The notes below the pieces were generated by a model. It worked only from the letters and a program-made list of their open reading frames with translations, was not told where the DNA came from and searched no databases. This document shows, piece by piece, positions 25,300-33,793 of a stretch of DNA of 51,417 nucleotides (the stretch's first letter is position 1; each line of letters starts with the position of its first letter). The stretch is from Microgenomates group bacterium (GTDB lineage: Bacteria > Patescibacteriota > Microgenomatia > UBA1400 > MFAQ01), in assembly GCA_049303575.1 (NCBI GenBank), contig JBAQNH010000001.1:1-51417 (forward strand), read 5' to 3'. The position numbers were made by a program, and so were the translations under genes.

Positions 25300-26307
25300 A
25301 TGTCCTTTTCATTTTCCAAAAAAATTGCCATAGATTTGGGGACAGCCAATAGTCTCGTATATGTAGTGGGTGAAGGGTTAGTTCTGGAAGAGCCAACCGT
25401 GGTGGCCGTGTCGGTGACGGATGGAAAAGTTTTAGCTGTGGGTAAAGAGGCTCAAAGTATGTTGGGTAGAACTCCAGGAAACATCAAGGCAAGTAAACCA
25501 ATGCGAGATGGTGTGATTGCCGATTATGCTGTGACGGAGGCGATGTTGAAGTATTTTCTACGAAAAGTGGGTGCTTATGGTCTTATCAAACCAGAAGTAA
25601 TGATTTGTGTACCCGCCGGAGTAACTCAAGTGGAAAGAAGGGCGGTTTTGGGAGCAGCTATTGAAGCTGGTGCTCGAAATGCCTATCTTATCGAAGAACC
25701 TTTAGCGGCAGCCATTGGAGCCGGAGTACCGATAGCCGAACCATCAGGAAACATGGTTTTAGATATGGGAGGTGGAGCATCTGAGGCGGCGGTGATATCT
25801 CTAGGTGGTGTGGTGACCTTTAAAAGTGTTAGAGTGGCCGGCAACAAAATTGACGAGGCAATCATCAGATGGGCAAGAAGAAAACATAATTTAGTTATTG
25901 GAGAGCAAACCGCTGAGTATATAAAGATAAAAATCGGTTCGGCAATGCCAGTGTCTCGTGAGGAGACGGTGGAAGTGACCGGACGTGACAGTATTGCCGG
26001 GCTACCAAGACAAGTAACTGTTTCTTCAACCGATGTCTTTGAAGCCATTAGAGAACCTTTGGGAAAAATTATTGCCATGTTGAAGACAGTGATGGAAGAA
26101 GTGCCCCCAGAGCTTTCCAGTGACATTATTGATAAAGGTATCGTGATGTCGGGAGGAACGGCTCTCTTGAGGGGTTTTGACAGATTAATTACTCAAGAAA
26201 CCGGTGTACCGGCATTTGTAGCAGAGGATCCACAAAGGTGTGTAATAAAAGGTATAGGGATAGCAATTGAGAACTTAGATGTTTACCGTAGTAGTCTAAA
26301 GCACTAA
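25300..26307 (+). CDS. mreB: Rod-shape-determining actin homologue MreB
   Basis: MSFSFSKKIAIDLGTANSLVYV.., PMRDGVIADY, VLDMGGGASEAAVISLGG, GIVMSGGTALLRGFDRLI. Start taken at ATG 25300; the track uses GTG 25291. Confidence 0.95.
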   Translation: MSFSFSKKIAIDLGTANSLVYVVGEGLVLEEPTVVAVSVTDGKVLAVGKEAQSMLGRTPGNIKASKPMRDGVIADYAVTEAMLKYFLRKVGAYGLIKPEVMICVPAGVTQVERRAVLGAAIEAGARNAYLIEEPLAAAIGAGVPIAEPSGNMVLDMGGGASEAAVISLGGVVTFKSVRVAGNKIDEAIIRWARRKHNLVIGEQTAEYIKIKIGSAMPVSREETVEVTGRDSIAGLPRQVTVSSTDVFEAIREPLGKIIAMLKTVMEEVPPELSSDIIDKGIVMSGGTALLRGFDRLITQETGVPAFVAEDPQRCVIKGIGIAIENLDVYRSSLKH

Positions 26308-27836
26308 CGGAGAAATACATTTTGTATCAATCTTTTTTATTTAACGTGTCAGTGTTGTGAAACGATTGCTAATGCTGTAATTAGGTTCAATTCTGTAATA
26401 ATCCGAATTTTTATATGAGTTAGTTTGTTTATTAATATTAAGTACATAGTAAATTGGTAAGGGAGTGTTTTTGAAAAATTTTTATTAATGATCCACATTA
26501 ATATGTTTCTTGTTTTCCGTCAATGTTTTTCAATAAAATTGATTTTTTTATTAATGATTAAAAGGAGTTGGTAATGGGGGAGCATCTATAGTGTTTTTCG
26601 CTTTTATTTTTAGATTTTGTTTTCACGGTTATGTCTTATACCCCCATACAAAAATATTTGGCATTTGGTATTTTGATTATTAATGATATGGGGGTATGGG
26701 TATGCCGGAGCTGGTGAAAATAAAATAATTTTCTACATATATCCAGGGTGGGGTATGAGCGAGTAGTTGTTGTGATAATTATTGAATAATTTATGAAATT
26801 AGTCTCTATTTTTGTATTTCAAAATTATGGGATGATTCGGTTATTTCTGACTATGTAAGCGATATTACTATCGCAAGTGTCTGATGATTGTAAAACTGTT
26901 TATTGATATGAAATATAGGGCAATGGTTTTTAGAGACGGTGGGTATAATCCTATAATCAGGCACGGAACCAGTCTAATTTGAGTTTCAGCTGCCTATTGT
27001 GAGACTCATCTTTCTTTGTATATTCCGGACTGGGAATCGAAGTTGTGCACTTTGTGTCGTTTGAGTGGTTTTATAAAGATCCCTTATTTATTTTTGGTAG
27101 GAGAGTTATGAATTTTAGTTTTAGTGATGGAAAACTGGAGTATCAAAATGACAATGTTTTGGGTGGGGAGCAATGGATGAGTTATGAAAGACGAATTTTT
27201 TAAAATACGTTAAGGATGGTCTTTGGGTGAACAGGTTGTGAAAATGATTACTTATTTGATTTTTATGGTTGAACAAACTATATCAAGTGTTTTTCTGATA
27301 TAGGGTAGATTTGCTTAATTTTTGACCTATTTATGATGCAAAATTATGAGGTTTAAAGAGGATTGATAGCTGTTAATATAAGATAGTGAAAAATTAAAGT
27401 AATATTTTTGATAAAAATGTTATTTAAGTATGAATATCGAGTAGATAATTTATTCAATAATGTCAAATAAATTTAGATTGATCCATGGAAGAGAAGAGCC
27501 AAATAACATAATTTAGGTAAATATTGGACGCTTATTAATATAAGCCTTTAAAGTGTAGCTTATATTATTCATATTTTTTGGCAAAAACATTAAAATTTAC
27601 CGATTTTTTTAGGTTTGACGTTTTCACTGACCCATTTTTTGCTGATTTTTGGCCTATTTTTGCTTTCAATATGACATAAATAGATTGATACAAGGCAACA
27701 AACATTTAAAAATGCTTATTTGGCAGACAAATACGGTGAGTGATAACGATTCTGGAATTTAGGCACGATTTTTGAAGATTGATTTTGAGAGAGTTTAGTT
27801 TGAGGATTTATCTCGTTAGCCTGTTAAAATAATACC

Positions 27837-28640
27837 ATGAGAAAGAATGTTTTGGGTGCACCGGTAGATTTGTTGTCCGGGGCAGAAACTTTGGAATTAT
27901 TGACCGGTTGGATTGAAAGTAAGTCGAAAATGAAGTTAGTGGTGACTGCTTATAGCGAGTTTTATGTTCGGGCACAGTCTGACCACGAGTTTATGAAGGC
28001 GATGCAGTCTGCCGATCTGGTCACTCCTGACGGGGTATCTGTTTTGGCGGCGGCGAAATATCAAGACAGAGTTGGCGGTAAATCCCTTTTGGGAAAACTG
28101 GGAGAAGGTCTAAGGGTCGGCGGAGAAATATTAAATGGAAAAGTAGGAAAACCGGTGACGGGGGTATGGCTTTTTGAAAACTTGGTAAAAATGGCGGCAG
28201 ATAAGGGTTGGAAGGTATTTTTGCTTGGCGGATGGGATAAGGTGAGCGAAAAAACGGCCAGAATGCTTCTAAATCGGTTTCCAGAGCTTAAGGTGGAATA
28301 TGACGAGGGCGAAGAGAGGGTGGGAACAGACGAAAAGACAAATAGTCGTGTAATTGAAAAAATAAATCGGTTTGCTCCAGACATCTTGTTTGTGTCCTAC
28401 AACCCCATAAAACAGGAAAAATGGTTAGTGAAACATCGTGGTGTTTTAAAGGCAAAAATTGGTATAGGAGTGGGCGGTACTTTTGATGAGTATGCGGGAA
28501 AGATCAAGAAGTCGCCTGAATGGATGGGGAGAATGGGCTTAAAGTGGTTGTGGAGGGTGTTGATTGAGCCGAAGAGATTTGGGAGGATAATGAAAGCAGT
28601 GATTGTGTTTCCCTGGTTAGTATTTAGAAACTCAAAATGA
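27837..28640 (+). CDS. WecB/TagA/CpsF-family glycosyltransferase
   Basis: 267 aa. ..ADLVTPDGVSVLAAAKY.., KVFLLGG, PDILFVSYNPIKQEKW and IGIGVGGTFD are typical of TagA/WecG-type enzymes. Confidence 0.8.
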   Translation: MRKNVLGAPVDLLSGAETLELLTGWIESKSKMKLVVTAYSEFYVRAQSDHEFMKAMQSADLVTPDGVSVLAAAKYQDRVGGKSLLGKLGEGLRVGGEILNGKVGKPVTGVWLFENLVKMAADKGWKVFLLGGWDKVSEKTARMLLNRFPELKVEYDEGEERVGTDEKTNSRVIEKINRFAPDILFVSYNPIKQEKWLVKHRGVLKAKIGIGVGGTFDEYAGKIKKSPEWMGRMGLKWLWRVLIEPKRFGRIMKAVIVFPWLVFRNSK

Positions 28641-29200
28641 TAAACACGGTTTCAAAGGGTAAGAATGGATTTTCACTCGGACTGGGTCATAAAATTATGT
28701 CAGGTTTCGCGGGTTATCTTTATCGTGGTGGTTATCTTAGCGAGTATGTAGATGTTGACACACTGACGGGTTTGTATAATCGCAACTTCTTTGAAAGATG
28801 GCACCCAAAAATTGTGTCTCAGGCAGAAAGAGCGGGTGTGGATCTGGTAGTGGTATCTGTTGACGTAAACGGGTTGAAAAAAGCGAATGACAGTAGTGGC
28901 CATGCCGCCGGAGACAGAATGATAAAGAGCTTGGCAAGGCTGTTTTTGAAAACAGTACGTGACTCGGACCTGGTAATTAGAATGGGAGGAGACGAGTTCC
29001 TGTTGATTTTATGGAACAGTCAGTTAGAGGGAGCGGAAGGGATGCTAGGTAGGGTGCTGGAGAAGGCAGAGGAGAAGGAGTTGAGTTTTAGCTATGGTTT
29101 GGCCTTGGCCGAGAAGGGGAAAAACATAATAGGGAAGGTTGAGGAGGCTGACGAGAAAATGTATTTAATGAAAAGGGCTTCAAAGGCAGGTAGAGCTTGA
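28637..29200 (+). CDS. Stand-alone GGDEF-domain protein (putative diguanylate cyclase)
   Basis: DTLTGLYNRNFFE.., VVSVDVNGLKKANDSSGHAAGDRMIKSLA, IRMGGDEFLLIL (GGDEF motif intact). Its ATG overlaps the upstream stop (ATGA). Confidence 0.85.
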   Translation: MINTVSKGKNGFSLGLGHKIMSGFAGYLYRGGYLSEYVDVDTLTGLYNRNFFERWHPKIVSQAERAGVDLVVVSVDVNGLKKANDSSGHAAGDRMIKSLARLFLKTVRDSDLVIRMGGDEFLLILWNSQLEGAEGMLGRVLEKAEEKELSFSYGLALAEKGKNIIGKVEEADEKMYLMKRASKAGRA

Positions 29201-29298
29201 CTTTTTAGACTTATAGTGATATAGTTCCCCCATAAATCAGCTAATTTAAGGCTGGTATTGTTCCTTAATATTTTCCAATAAACCCATGGAGGTGAAAG

Positions 29299-29952
29299 GT
29301 GAAGATTCGACAAGGTTTTGCGGCACTAAGCTTTTTAATGGGACTCGTGTTGGTCTTTGCAAGCTTCGTTCCTGCACAAGCGCAGACCGACGGCCTGATG
29401 GAGATCAGCGCCAAAGCTTTGGGTGATCACGAGTGCGATGACAGTGAGTGGCATTTTGTGATTACACAGGTTGAGTCGGAAAGTGTTGCCCCTGCTTCAA
29501 TTCATGTTGTTTGGGCAAATGGCGGAAGTGAAGACATTCCTCGTCAGGACAAGTTTACCGGGGGGGTGGCTCACTATGCCACGACCAGCAATCTGGATTC
29601 AAGTGTAGTAAGCGCTACGACTCAGATTTACTCGGAATGGGATGGGCAATTTAATTTGAGCCACGGACCATGTGGTCTGCCTCCTACCGAGACTCCCATA
29701 GTCACGGAAACACCGATTGTCACGGAAACACCAATCGTCACTGAGACACCGGTAATCACCGAAACACCAATTGTCACGGAAACACCAATCGTCACGGAAA
29801 CGCCAATTGTGACCGAGACACCGGTAGATCCAACATCGACGCCTGTCCCTCAGAAGACCGGTGTCGGCGACGGAATACCCTGGAATCTACCTGTTGGTTT
29901 GTTAATAGCAGGTATGTCCCTGGTCGGGTTTTTCTGGAAGAAAAGTAACTAA
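29299..29952 (+). CDS. Secreted repeat protein with a sortase-type tripartite C-terminal signal carrying a non-canonical PQKTG motif
   Basis: GTG start with GGAGG upstream. Signal peptide ..FVPAQA/QT. Eight TETP(I/V)(V/I) repeats. C-terminus is VPQKTG, then hydrophobic IPWNLPVGLLIAGMSLVGFFW, then KKSN. Confidence 0.8.
   Translation: MKIRQGFAALSFLMGLVLVFASFVPAQAQTDGLMEISAKALGDHECDDSEWHFVITQVESESVAPASIHVVWANGGSEDIPRQDKFTGGVAHYATTSNLDSSVVSATTQIYSEWDGQFNLSHGPCGLPPTETPIVTETPIVTETPIVTETPVITETPIVTETPIVTETPIVTETPVDPTSTPVPQKTGVGDGIPWNLPVGLLIAGMSLVGFFWKKSN
29686..29829 (+). repeat. Eight tandem 18-bp coding repeats (ACGGAAACACCAATCGTC-like)
   Basis: Read directly from the sequence. The units start at 29686, 29704, 29722, 29740, 29758, 29776, 29794 and 29812, with synonymous and near-synonymous variation. 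Confidence 0.95.
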
Positions 29953-29964
29953 GTTCCAATCAAA

Positions 29965-29995
29965 GGGTTGGGGGTAAAACCCCAACCCATTTTTG
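29965..29995 (+). terminator. Intrinsic terminator
   Basis: GGGTTGGGG-GTAAAA-CCCCAACCC followed by ATTTTTG. Confidence 0.75.
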
Positions 29996-30013
29996 TAATT
30001 TGAGGAGGGACCA

Positions 30014-30937
30014 ATGAGAAAAGTAATGATGGGGTTTGCTAGTTTTTTGATTGTGTTGGCTTTGGTACTTCTTGGAGAGAAGTTGATCGGAAACAGCACA
30101 GACAAACCACAGGTAGTCGTGGCACAAAGCCAACAGATTACACCTAAGGCTACGTCGACACGAACAATGCCTGTTATTCCGACTCCCTTTCTTCAGCCTA
30201 CAAAAATGCCAACGGCTACGGTTGAGGTCAGCGAACCCACTCCGACTCCGGAACCGGTTGTAAGCAACTATGTTTTTGGAAAACAGGTTGATCTGTCTTC
30301 AGGAGCACCAGTTGCCCTAACGATTCATCTTAGTGATGACAGGTTACTACTAATTAGTAACTGGGCGGGAACAGTGTCCTACAAGGATACCGATGATCCA
30401 AAAACGGTTTTCGCCCCCAACAAGGGAATAATCTATTCCTATTCGGGGGACGTAACAACCACCTGGGCGCATTCGGGTATAAACATGTATGGTCAGCGCT
30501 ACTTTGCGACGAACATCGACCTTTATATCCGAAAAAATGAAGACAACAAAACAATGAGTCTTTCCGAGGCTGCTGCGAGAGCAGATAGTCTAAAAGGATT
30601 GACAGCAGTTTTGTGTCAGGCAGAATCAGGAGAGGTTGAGCCACTTTCGGACTTTGATGCCCTGGAAGAGTGTCCAGGTAAGCAGATTGAAATGGAGATC
30701 GTGGCCGTAGCCGTAATTCCTCGAGAGATAGTGGATGAGTACGACTCGAAGATTTTGGATCTTAACCAATGGTTGATGGATAATTATCCGGAAGCGGGTT
30801 TTGATCAGCTGAGTAAGGAAGATGGTTGGTTAACTCGTTTTTGTATTGGAAAGTTATCCGATCAGATTTCCGACGGGACACCATCGTATGAGTACAACAG
30901 GGGAGTGATTGGATTTAAGATTAAGGACGGGGAGTAG
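30014..30937 (+). CDS. Membrane-anchored extracytoplasmic hypothetical protein
   Basis: SD GAGGAGGG. N-terminal TM MMGFASFLIVLALVLLG, a Pro/Thr-rich linker, then a ~220-aa globular domain with no confidently recognisable motif. Confidence 0.7.
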   Translation: MRKVMMGFASFLIVLALVLLGEKLIGNSTDKPQVVVAQSQQITPKATSTRTMPVIPTPFLQPTKMPTATVEVSEPTPTPEPVVSNYVFGKQVDLSSGAPVALTIHLSDDRLLLISNWAGTVSYKDTDDPKTVFAPNKGIIYSYSGDVTTTWAHSGINMYGQRYFATNIDLYIRKNEDNKTMSLSEAAARADSLKGLTAVLCQAESGEVEPLSDFDALEECPGKQIEMEIVAVAVIPREIVDEYDSKILDLNQWLMDNYPEAGFDQLSKEDGWLTRFCIGKLSDQISDGTPSYEYNRGVIGFKIKDGE

Positions 30938-30959
30938 CTATATGCTGCTCCCTTTTTTT
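30930..30959 (+). terminator. Intrinsic terminator overlapping the stop codon
   Basis: GGGAGTAGC-TATAT-GCTGCTCCC followed by TTTTTTT. Confidence 0.75.
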
Positions 30960-30963
30960 GGCT

Positions 30964-31215
30964 TTAGGAGTTGGTGGTGCCGGGATTTATGCCTAACATC
31001 CAGAGAACGGACTCTTTTTTGTAGCGACGATCACCACGGGAGTTGATGCGAATGGCCGGAAGCTTGCCGCGTTTGCCCCAACGCTTGATGGTCAGAGTGG
31101 AGACACGGAGGATTTGGGCTACTTCGGAGACGGTCAGGAGGTCTGGGAGATTGTTCAGATCAAGATCTTTCTTGATTGGTTTTACTGCAATAGGGGTTTG
31201 GTCTTGGTTGTCCAT
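30964..31215 (-). CDS. Excisionase/MerR-type helix-turn-helix DNA-binding protein (83 aa)
   Basis: LLTVSEVAQILRVSTLTIKRWGKRGKLPAIRINSRGDRRYKKESV, the HTH_17 excisionase-family pattern. Confidence 0.8.
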   Translation of the reverse strand: MDNQDQTPIAVKPIKKDLDLNNLPDLLTVSEVAQILRVSTLTIKRWGKRGKLPAIRINSRGDRRYKKESVLWMLGINPGTTNS

Positions 31216-31278
31216 GTCTGATATAGAAATTAACAGATAGTTTCATTAACGTCAAGTAGGAGTTAATGACCTATATTA

Positions 31279-31307
31279 TTGACAATTGAACACAGAAGTG
31301 GTATATT
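31279..31307 (+). promoter_or_regulatory. Near-consensus sigma70 promoter
   Basis: TTGACA (31279-31284), a 17-nt spacer, then TATATT (31302-31307). It sits about 68 nt upstream of the 31375 ATG, which has a GGAGG SD. Confidence 0.5.
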
Positions 31308-31374
31308 TGCCCCTGTAACGCACTTTGAATGTTCTTGAAGACAACACATTCTTTATCATCACAGGAGGTAAGAG

Positions 31375-31671
31375 ATGGAGCCAAGGTTAGTTCCCATTAT
31401 CCAAGACATGAGTCCTAAGAAATATTTGAAATATTTAGTTGAAGTGTTACGGATAACCAGGCTAGAAAAATTAACGCCTGGAGGAGAAGTAATTTTCAAT
31501 TTATTACCAAACCAGGATTTTACTTTGTATTATTCTGGTGAAAGGCCTGAGAAGATCTTGATGGACCGTCGGGAGCTGAGGGTCTTGATGCCCTCGGAAA
31601 AGTGTATCTTGATACTCAGATACGAGAACGGTCCTGCAAATGTTGAAGTTGCTTATTCAATAAACAACTAA
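31375..31671 (+). CDS. Hypothetical 98-aa protein
   Basis: ORF with SD CAGGAGGTAAGAGATG. No motif recognised. Confidence 0.6.
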   Translation: MEPRLVPIIQDMSPKKYLKYLVEVLRITRLEKLTPGGEVIFNLLPNQDFTLYYSGERPEKILMDRRELRVLMPSEKCILILRYENGPANVEVAYSINN

Positions 31672-31711
31672 TAAACACTAAGCCCCGAGATCTAGAGTTG
31701 CTTTTGAGTAC

Positions 31712-31742
31712 AAAAAAACCCGCTTTTTAAGCGGGTTTTTCT
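31712..31742. terminator. Bidirectional terminator between 31375-31671 and rplL
   Basis: AAAAAAACCCGCTT-TTT-AAGCGGGTTTTTC. Confidence 0.75.
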
Positions 31743-31759
31743 TTGGTTTTAATTGAGTA

Positions 31760-32137
31760 TTATTTAAGCTCAACTTTTGCACCGGCCTCTTCGAGTTTCT
31801 TCTTAGCGGCTTCGGCGTCTTCTTTTTTGGCACCTTCAAGGACGACTGCGGGAGCTTTTTCGACTAAGTTTTTGGCTTCCACCAAACCTAGATCGGTTTT
31901 GATCTCACGGACGGCTTTGATAACACCAATTTTGTTAGCACCGGCATCGGCGATAACAACATCGAACTCGGTCTTTTCCTCTTCAGGAGCAGCAGCAACA
32001 GCAACGGCGGCACCGGCGACGGCGACGGGAGCGGCTGTAACACCGAATTTTTCTTCTAACGCTTTGACTAATTCAGCGACTTCCAAAACGGAGAGTTCAC
32101 TGACTTGGTCGACGAGTTTGGTTACTTTCTCGGACAT
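31760..32137 (-). CDS. rplL: 50S ribosomal protein L7/L12
   Basis: [74 protein letters not shown].. Confidence 0.95.
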   Translation of the reverse strand: MSEKVTKLVDQVSELSVLEVAELVKALEEKFGVTAAPVAVAGAAVAVAAAPEEEKTEFDVVIADAGANKIGVIKAVREIKTDLGLVEAKNLVEKAPAVVLEGAKKEDAEAAKKKLEEAGAKVELK

Positions 32138-32173
32138 GTTTTTTTATATTATTTATTAATTTACGAGACTAAT

Positions 32174-32698
32174 TTAGGCGGACAGTTTGGTTTTTAAAGC
32201 ATCCAAACCATAAACGAGGTTTTGCATAGGGGCGGAGAGCTGTCGGACTAGAGCTTGAGCGGGAGCTTGGAGCTGGGCCATCAGTTTGCCAAGGAGCTCT
32301 TCGTAGGAAGGAAGTTTGGAGAGAGCGGAGATATCGGCTAGGGTAATGACTTTGTCGTCCATAATACCGGTTTTGATCTTGAGTTTGTCGTGGTCTTCGG
32401 CAAATTTGGTGAGGGTTTTGGCGGCAGAGACGGCGTCGGCACCGAAGAGAACGGCGGTAGGACCCTTAAGGAAGGAGTCGAGCGTGTCGGCAAGTTCTTT
32501 GGACTTTTCTTTGAAGGCGAGACGGAGAAGGTTGTTTTTGGTGACGATGAAAGAGGAGTCGGTTTTTTCAGCTTCTTCACGGAGAGCGTTTTGCTCAGCA
32601 ACAGTAAGGCCGGCGTATTCGGTAAGAATAACGGCTTTTGAGTCGGCTAGGGCCTTGGTAATAGAGGCCAGTTGATGAATATTTCTTTGGTTTGGCAT
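32174..32698 (-). CDS. rplJ: 50S ribosomal protein L10
   Basis: MPNQRNIHQLASITKALADSKAVILTEYAGLTVAEQNALR.. Track ORF trimmed to ATG 32698. Adjacent to rplL. Confidence 0.9.
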   Translation of the reverse strand: MPNQRNIHQLASITKALADSKAVILTEYAGLTVAEQNALREEAEKTDSSFIVTKNNLLRLAFKEKSKELADTLDSFLKGPTAVLFGADAVSAAKTLTKFAEDHDKLKIKTGIMDDKVITLADISALSKLPSYEELLGKLMAQLQAPAQALVRQLSAPMQNLVYGLDALKTKLSA

Positions 32699-32821
32699 TT
32701 TATTTTGTTTGTTGATTTGAGTATAAAAAAGGCTCCATTCCAAGTTGAGCCATTAAGTAGGTTCTGCAAGGGGCTTAGTGATCGCCCTTGGTCTTGGAAC
32801 TTTGTTAGTTTAACACCACGG
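32699..32821 (-). promoter_or_regulatory. Possible rplJ (L10) leader / 5' UTR
   Basis: A ~120-nt untranslated stretch upstream of rplJ with local hairpins (GGCTC..GAGCC). L10 leaders are known autoregulatory elements, but I have not shown structural homology. Confidence 0.25.
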
Positions 32822-32889
32822 TTGCGGTATTGCAAGAGGTGAGATATAATATAGGTCTAGCAAATTTACATTATCCTAGGAGGCTTGAA

Positions 32890-33291
32890 TTGGAAGAAGA
32901 GGCAAAGACTTTAGTTACGGAAAACGCAATGAATTTGTGGTATCAGGTTCTCAATGGTCCGGTCGCGATTCCCGAATGGGAGTTACGATGTACGGACGTA
33001 CAAGAACTGCTGAACAGCCGTTTGATTAAGGTTGTTGATTCAACGTTTCCGGTAAAGTTTGTAGAGCTTTGTAACCCTTCAATGGCGATGAACGGCGACG
33101 AAAAGAAACTCTTTATCGCATTGAAAACGTATAAAAATGGACCGGTAACAGTTGGTTTGTTGGGTGTTTGGTCCAAAGAGTTGGGGTTTAAAAGACCCCT
33201 GAAGACCATTAAAAAATTGTTTGATTTGGGCCTGGTAGAGTTCTCGAACAGAGAGAAAAAACAAGTTCAAGTTTGTTTGGGATGTAGATAG
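32890..33291 (+). CDS. Hypothetical protein (possible winged-helix-like), inserted between rplJ and rplA
   Basis: The track ORF starts at 32830. I prefer TTG 32890, preceded by AGGAGG (32878-32883). A TTGCGG-17nt-TATAAT promoter-like element lies at 32822-32850. A terminator follows. Confidence 0.5.
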   Translation: MEEEAKTLVTENAMNLWYQVLNGPVAIPEWELRCTDVQELLNSRLIKVVDSTFPVKFVELCNPSMAMNGDEKKLFIALKTYKNGPVTVGLLGVWSKELGFKRPLKTIKKLFDLGLVEFSNREKKQVQVCLGCR

Positions 33292-33303
33292 TCTTTAACA
33301 AAG

Positions 33304-33330
33304 AAAAACCGGCCAGTTGGCCGGTTTTTT
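33304..33330. terminator. Bidirectional terminator
   Basis: AAAAACCGGCC-AGT-TGGCCGGTTTTTT. Confidence 0.75.
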
Positions 33331-33340
33331 AATACCGAAA

Positions 33341-33778
33341 TTATTTGATTAGAATGAGGATGCCTGTTTGGAGGCTCTCGATCATGGCCTTCTTAACAAA
33401 GCCCTGGTCTTGGTTATCGGCGGCGATCATAGCCGAAACCTTGGCGAGGGAGACTGGACTTTCAACAATGCCTTTCCAGGTATCACTGAGGTTTTCTGGA
33501 ATGGTGTAGCACCAATCAACACTTTCTGGGAGGGTGACGTAGTAGTCGTTGTTGGCCTCGTCCAGGCGAATATCAAGATTGGGGCAGGTAAGCAGCGAGG
33601 CCTTGGCGAGGGCGGTGTTGTTGAGGCCGGCGTTACCAAAAGCCATGCCGGCGAAGAAAACAACGAGAACGATGGCTACGATGGCGATTACGATGGGGTT
33701 GATATTAAACTTTAACCGGCCGCGACGACCTTTCGGGATTTTTGTCCCGACGGGGGGAGTGGAGAGTTGTTTTTTCAT
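33341..33778 (-). CDS. Membrane-anchored hypothetical protein (145 aa)
   Basis: A basic N-terminus, TM IVIAIVAIVLVVFFAGMAF, then a small ectodomain. Lies 15 nt downstream of the SLT gene. Confidence 0.6.
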   Translation of the reverse strand: MKKQLSTPPVGTKIPKGRRGRLKFNINPIVIAIVAIVLVVFFAGMAFGNAGLNNTALAKASLLTCPNLDIRLDEANNDYYVTLPESVDWCYTIPENLSDTWKGIVESPVSLAKVSAMIAADNQDQGFVKKAMIESLQTGILILIK

Positions 33779-33793
33779 GAATTTCTCCTTGAC

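Noticed and set aside
26482-26687. CRISPR array or iterons, based on the TTATTAATGAT repeats
   Set aside because: The repeats are only about 11-20 nt, AT-rich and low in complexity. There are three copies with irregular spacing (66 and 129 nt). No cas or rep genes are nearby. This does not qualify as a CRISPR array, and the iteron idea is unsupported.
26308-27836. Chromosomal replication origin (oriC) in the AT-rich block
   Set aside because: Only one 8/9 DnaA-box match (TGATCCACA) was seen, with no cluster of boxes and no dnaA/dnaN/gidA neighbours. It cannot be claimed without whole-contig GC-skew analysis.
30014-30937. Sortase assignment for the anchored protein next to the PQKTG protein
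   Set aside because: It has His (WAHSG) and Cys (VLCQ, RFCIGK) residues. Their spacing and context do not match the sortase H...TLxTC...R pattern, so it stays hypothetical.
30964-31671. Integrated mobile element, suggested by the excisionase-type HTH gene
   Set aside because: There is no integrase, no flanking direct repeats, no tRNA att site and no phage genes nearby. A lone HTH_17-type regulator is not sufficient evidence.
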